Shown in pieces: positions 49,081-64,000 of a stretch of 64,000 nt of DNA. This DNA comes from Camelus dromedarius (taxonomy: Eukaryota). Location of the stretch: NCBI RefSeq assembly GCF_036321535.1, contig NC_087454.1, forward strand, positions 28,458,001-28,522,000. The letters run 5' to 3'. The notes below the pieces were generated by a model, which had not been told where the DNA came from, ran no database searches, and saw only the letters and a program-made list of their open reading frames with translations. Within the stretch, counting starts at the first letter, position 1; each line of letters opens with the position of its first letter. The position numbers and the translations under genes were made by a program.

Positions 49081-51006
49081 GAGCTTGGCCAGAATCGGTC
49101 GGGCTCAGCACACCACCATCACCTTTAGACAGGCCGCCTGGCGCTGCTGGATGACGCTAACAGGTCTCGGTGCTGTCGCTCCATCGTGACGTTTAAGAGA
49201 GACAAGCAGAGAACCCAAGACCAAGTTGGACACACACTCCTTTCCTCCCTGCGCGTGGTCAGAGCCAATCCCGGGGTGGCTGTTAGGTCGCGTGACTGGC
49301 TAGCAGACTCCGCCCCTCAGAGCAGTCAAAACAATTGCCTCGAGCGGCAGCCATGATGGTTTTAAAGGGGCAGTACCGGCAAGGGTGGCAGCGAGACCGA
49401 CAGACTGCGGGTGAGTCTTTGAGGGTCCTCTGGGCTGAGAGTTGAGGTCCCGCTACCTCTTTCCTGCACTCCCGGGCAGATGACCAAATGAGCCCCTCCG
49501 TCGGATTTCACACACTCCAGTTAGACTCAAAAACTCCGCCCCCCGTGATTCTTCCCGCCCCTCGGCCTCCAGACAGACAGACAGAAGGTCTGCCCCGCCC
49601 CCTGCGCTACCTATTGACTCAGTGACCTCGGGATTGTCTGGCCCCGGGTACTCGCTCGCGACGCGGACCTCTTCCCATCACTCTTGCGCATCTCGTTCTA
49701 TCCCCACCCTGGGCCTCAGGGCATGTCGACAGCCTGGGAAACTTCACCGCACTCCCAGGCCCGCGAGACCAACCCCCAGCGGTGCGTATCCTTGTGATCC
49801 CGCAGCCGCTCAGCGGACCTGCCATCCTTCCCTGCATCATTAGGCGTCTGGGAGGCAACCTAAGGTGACTCCTCTCAGAGCCTATTAGAGTGTGATCATG
49901 ATAGAGACAAAGCCATAGAAGTGACCAGGTCTTCCTCCTCGCCCATTCCCAGACACGCCCCTTGCTGCAGGTCTCAGATCAAATCTCACTTCGTTCTTGG
50001 GAGAAAATAACTCCTCAGGCTTGGGGTAGGAGGTTGGCTTGGGGAAGGAGGAGGGACATTGGTCGTCTTTGAAGATCTGTAGGTAGGAGGTGGGAGGGCA
50101 TTTGTCCTGGGTGGGGCTCTGTGCCAAGTCCTCTGGGTGGCTGTGAAGTTGTGAGAGAAGGGGTGGGAACGCTGGACTTCTGGACTTTGGGCAGGGCAGA
50201 TCCTTCTGAATCCTTGGCTGCTAGAACAGTTTCTTCCGGGCTCCTGCCTGAACGCCACAACCAAGGGCTATCTATAGGGTAAGAAGATTTCAAAGATGAA
50301 AAAGGAGGCCTTTTCAAGGAAGTAGGAAGACATCCTGAGACCTGGGGCTTCAGGCTAGTGGGGAAAGAAGCAGGGCTGACCAGGTTTGGAGATGCTGGGC
50401 TTAGCTCTGTGGGTGGAGCAGCCTGAAGACCATGAGCCTCTGGGCCTCTCATGTGGGTCCTGTGGTGAAGGCTCCTCTTCTTTTCCTTCCCTTCTCTTTC
50501 TTCATTTAACTTTGAAAGCTGTTCTTCCCTTTTTTTGAAATCTCTGCACTTTTTTCTGTGTATCTCCTGTCTGCTTTAACCCCGTTGCTTCTGCAACTCT
50601 CTCAGACACCCTCTGTGTTCCCTGTAGTGCAGCCTCTCCTCTCCTGATTCCCTTTCCTAACCCAAGCTCTCTCTCCAGCTTCTCTGTTCTCTTGTTCCTT
50701 AGTTCGAAATCCCTCTGTTACTTCTCAGCACCTTTGTTCCTTCTGCAGTCTTTCTTAGTCAATTCAATTCCTCTTCTTGTCTCTTTCCAACAACCTTAGC
50801 TTTGTGTCTAGTGTCGCAAGCTGCCTCCCCGCTGGTCTCTCTCTCTCTCCAGTTAAACCACAGGGGACCCCCCCCCCCACTCACTCTCATCCCTTCATTT
50901 GGATCCCCACCACCCTCTACCCAAGGCGTTCAGCCACTCTTTCCTATCTTTACTCCAGTTGAGCTCTGTTGTTTCTCTGTAGCCCAGGCAAGGGCCCCCT
51001 GCCAGG

Positions 51007-60694
<9,688 letters not shown>

Positions 60695-61081
60695 CATTCA
60701 ACCCCCACCCCAGGTCTGCTGGGTACCCCCACAGCCCTCACAGCATTCCCTGTTGCTCCTAGCTCTTCCAACCCCAAGGTGGGGCAGTGAAGGGGGAGCA
60801 GATAACCAGAAGATTGCTGCTGCCCTTAGGGTCTTGGCTCCCTCCTCAGGAATCCCCCTCAGGAAGGACCCTCAGGACATCTTCTCCCCATCCTGTGGTC
60901 CTCTAGAGTAGATAGCTCCAAGGCCCCCAAGGTGGGCAAGGAGCAGGTACGCACCTCCGATGCAGCGTGCTGCTGGCTTTTCTGTCAGAGGGTTCGAGGC
61001 TGGCCAGCCAGCCTGCCTTGCCCTGGCCTTCCTTGTTCCCTCTGCTGCCTCACTTCAGGTCCATGTATTTCACTTTTCTTA

Positions 61082-61087
61082 AATAAA
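61082..61087 (+). terminator. KLC4: Polyadenylation signal of KLC4
   Basis: AATAAA 388 nt after the stop. Confidence 0.8.
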
Positions 61088-62318
61088 AGAATCAGGTAAC
61101 CATTCAGCCACAGGAGTCCTGATTGAAAAGGGAAGGAAGCAAGGGTTGAGTTGGGGCCCTTCCCAGGAGGGCGAAGGGCAGTGATGGATGGGGCGGAAGG
61201 AGGAACGTTGCTTCTTGGATCTGTTCTTTCGTCCGTCCCCTGTTTGTATCCTCTCCAGTAGGGCCTGCAGGAAGGCATCTGGGGGGTGGGGGAGGCCCAA
61301 AACCAAAGAGAAGGTGCTGTGTACTGGGTTATCAGGGACATGTGGTAGCCATGTGTCAGGACCCTGGAGTCCTGGCGCCACTGCTCCCAGCCTGTGAGGC
61401 CGTCTGTGGCGGCCCCTCCTCCCCCCAGCTGCTTGGGGGAAGGGAGGTCTAAGAAGGCCTGGGGGGCCCTCCAGAGCTCCGGAGGGGGACGAGGCACTTA
61501 ACTATCCATCCCCTCTCAGCATATCCTGGAGGCCCAGCAGCAGCTGGGGCCCATCTTCTAAAGCTTGACTCCTCCTGACCCGCCTCCTACACCCCTTGCT
61601 GCTTTCACAACAAAGAAAGAATGTGGGGGTGGTGTCGCTAGGGGGGGGTGCCTGGAACAAGGGCTGTACTGGGCCTCCCCACAGCTGGAGACTTGGCCAT
61701 GCCCTGACACAGCCCAGACTGCCTGTAGATGGACTTGGGATGAATTTGTCAGTTTAACAGCCTTCAGAGAGCCCATTCTCTTTACACCTTTGGGCTCAGA
61801 TTGGTCCAGAGTCAAACCAGACCCTAGTCATGCACTAACTGGTCCCTCACTTTCCAGGCTACATCTCTCCTGGAGCTCCACAGTACCTCCAGGGTACCTT
61901 GCTTAGGGACACCAAGGACACTCTTCTGTTCTAGGTTTCCCTGAGGATTTCAGGTTGTTGAGAAGTGAGCTAGAGTCCACCTTTCTCCCCACTACCCAGA
62001 GAATTTGGGGGAAGTGTTGGTCAGAGCCCTCAAGAAAGCCCAGAACCAACCATCTTCCGCAGGAGCCATGGAATCACAAAAGTCACTTTGGGCCCCCTGA
62101 CTCCCTGAAGACTAGGCGGTAGGCACAGCCTCCGCTCCCCTACCTCGTTCAGGAGGTCCCCGCACTCCCCTGGGACGCCTTCCCTCTGTCCTGGAACCAT
62201 CTCCAGACCCCTCCCCCAACTGCGAGCTCCTCCCCAACACAGCGGGGAGGGGGCGTCTAGGGGGCGGGGCGCCGCGCGGCGGCTGGCGGGGAAGGGGCGT
62301 CGCGGGGCGGGGCTTGGA

Positions 62319-62351
<33 letters not shown>
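62319..62351 (+). repeat. (GGC)11 trinucleotide repeat
   Basis: Perfect 33-nt run read directly from the sequence. Confidence 0.97.
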
Positions 62352-62353
<2 letters not shown>

Positions 62354-62528
62354 GCGAGGACTCGGAGGTACCCGGCGCGCGCGGCTCCGGGTCGGGACGC
62401 CTCGGGCTCGGGCTCCGGCTGCTGCAGCGGCGCCCGCGCTCCTGTGCGCTCGGCCTCCTGGCCCGCCAGGGAGTGCAGACCGCAAGCCCGCCGTGCTCCC
62501 GCCCACTCCGTTCCCCGGGCCTGCGGCG

Positions 62529-62607
62529 ATGGGAGCCGCGCGCGGAGCCCTGAGGAGCCCCCGCCGGCTGCCTCTTCTCAGCGTCCTGCTGCTGCCGCTG
62601 TTGGGCG
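62529..62607 (+). CDS. PTK7: Inactive tyrosine kinase PTK7, coding exon 1 (signal peptide); rest of gene outside window
   Basis: MGAARGALRSPRRLPLLSVLLLPLLG(G) followed by GCG|GTGAGT; matches the recalled PTK7 N-terminus and the syntenic position. Confidence 0.93.
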
Positions 62608-64000
62608 GTGAGTCCCGGCGAGCTGGGGGAGCTCGGCTCGGGGAGCGCGGGAGCCCCGCGGGGTAAAGTGAGCACCGGGGAGGTGGGCTTGGGCGGCTGG
62701 AGCGGGAGAGACACCCGGACGTAGGGCAGGGGCTCGCTGGGGAGGGGCGAAGTCCCGGCAACTGGGAGGTGGCGAAGCCCCCCGGCACTCGCCCAGGGCC
62801 CCTCTCGCCCCCGCGCCCTCGAGGACGCGTTTCCAGCCTCCCTAGAGTTTTCCCGGCCTGAGCCGAGAGTTTGCTCGGGAGTTGTCGGCTCCCGGGCCCC
62901 GGTGGGGAGTTTCTTTGAGGGAAAGAAACGACTGCCCTCCACTTAGGGGGTGCAACTCGGTAGTTGGCGGTGGGGGAGACCGAGTCCCCGCGACAGGCTC
63001 AGCCTAGGTGAGGGAGGCTGGCCTGGGGCCGGATGAGGGATCGACCTGCGGCGCGCAGGGCGCGGAGCTTTTGTTACCTATGCCGGCCCGGCGCTCCCGG
63101 CTTCCCTCCTCCAAGTTCCTGGGCTAGGCTGGGACCCCGATGGCCCTGATGGTGAGGGCGGAAGAAAGGAAGAATGAGGGGCCGCCCCATCTCCTCCAGC
63201 TCCTGGGCCCGATCCCTGAACCCTCTCCCTGCCAGGGTCGGATCTGGGGAGCTGAGAATCCCAGGCTGTCGCGGTGACTAATGTGTGAAGGCCGCTGCCA
63301 AAATCGGGCATGGCCGGCCTGCAAAGGTGCGGACGGGATTGGTTCTGCTCCTTCCTGGATTTCCATCCTCTCTCTTCCCCACACGGAAAGAAAATCTCTC
63401 TTTTCTATGGGCAGAAAGGCAAAAAAGAGTTCATTCTGTCTTCTTGGAGGGCCTCAGCATTTTGAGGAGGGTGCGGCCTCTATCTCCGGGGCCGACTGGA
63501 CGAGACCCCTCTATCCCACACACCTTTATTTCCTGGCCAGGTCACACCTGAGAGTCACCACTGAGATGTTGAAGTGCTTTAGAGGAAAGCGCCAAGCTAC
63601 CCGCACACCCCAACCAGTCTGGAGTGGAAGTTTGACCCTTGCCCCACCCCACTTCCAAAACACGAAATCTTTGGTGAGGATCCTGGCAGCAGCCCTTGCT
63701 TGGGGAACCCTGCCCAGGAGACCTGGTCCTGGCTTATCACTTTCCTCTTCCTTTGAAGAGTAGCCATGGGGAGGGTGGGGGGTAGAGAATTGCTTTTTCT
63801 GACATCTTCCTGGCCTGCCAGCTGTCAAGGGGGTTTGGTATGGATGAAATCAACTTCTCCTCTACCCCTAGTTGTAAAAGGAGAGGTAATTGTCACCTGG
63901 GGCCGAGGTAAGAACAAGTTCTCGGGATTTGTAGGTTTTTCTGGAGCCGCTCTGTGTTCCTTCTGATGTGTGGGATGGTTAAGCTCATGGCAGAACCCAC

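Larger units (their letters stand above)
62130..63300. promoter_or_regulatory. PTK7: CpG island / promoter of PTK7
   Basis: Extremely GC/CpG-rich, with GC boxes and a (GGC)11 tract. Confidence 0.85.

Noticed and set aside
61625-62270. CTCF-like motifs (TCGCTAGGGGGGGG near 61635, GTCTAGGGGGCGG near 62255)
   Set aside because: Partial matches in G-rich sequence; not distinguishable from chance without PWM scoring.
62030-62942. 252-aa and 276-aa minus-strand ORFs with poly-Pro and poly-Ala
   Set aside because: PTK7 CpG island and GGC repeat artefacts.

Overview
Mammalian genomic DNA syntenic with human 6p21.1. A camelid source is inferred from three young tRNA-derived SINEs and an L1 3' end resembling camelid families as I recall them, and from the absence of any recognisable Alu, Bov-A/BovB, PRE-1 or CanSINE. 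Gene order: PPP2R5D (+, exon 1 lies before the window), MEA1 (-), KLHDC3 (+), RRP36 (+), CUL7 (-), MRPL2 (-), KLC4 (+), and PTK7 exon 1 (+). Exon chains were traced by hand; wherever both ends are visible they are frame-consistent with canonical splice sites, except a GC donor in MRPL2 and a GAG acceptor in RRP36. Seven N-runs (132-180 nt, all 4 mod 8) look like base-for-base masking and hide parts of six coding exons. The main unexpected observation lies in the RRP36-CUL7 spacer. About 1 kb there appears to be a decayed intronless 7TM receptor (GPR148 / type-2 odorant-receptor-like, by recalled motifs). Its TM1-TM2 block is inverted between two 12-bp inverted microhomologies, and flipping it back joins reading frames at both junctions. 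Other leads: an orphan polyadenylated retrocopy in PPP2R5D intron 2, a possible PP1-docking RVSF motif in RRP36, a spliced overlapping uORF in KLC4, and a (GGC)11 tract at the PTK7 5' end preceded by a TTG in strong context. All comparisons to human or other orthologues are from memory, not database searches.
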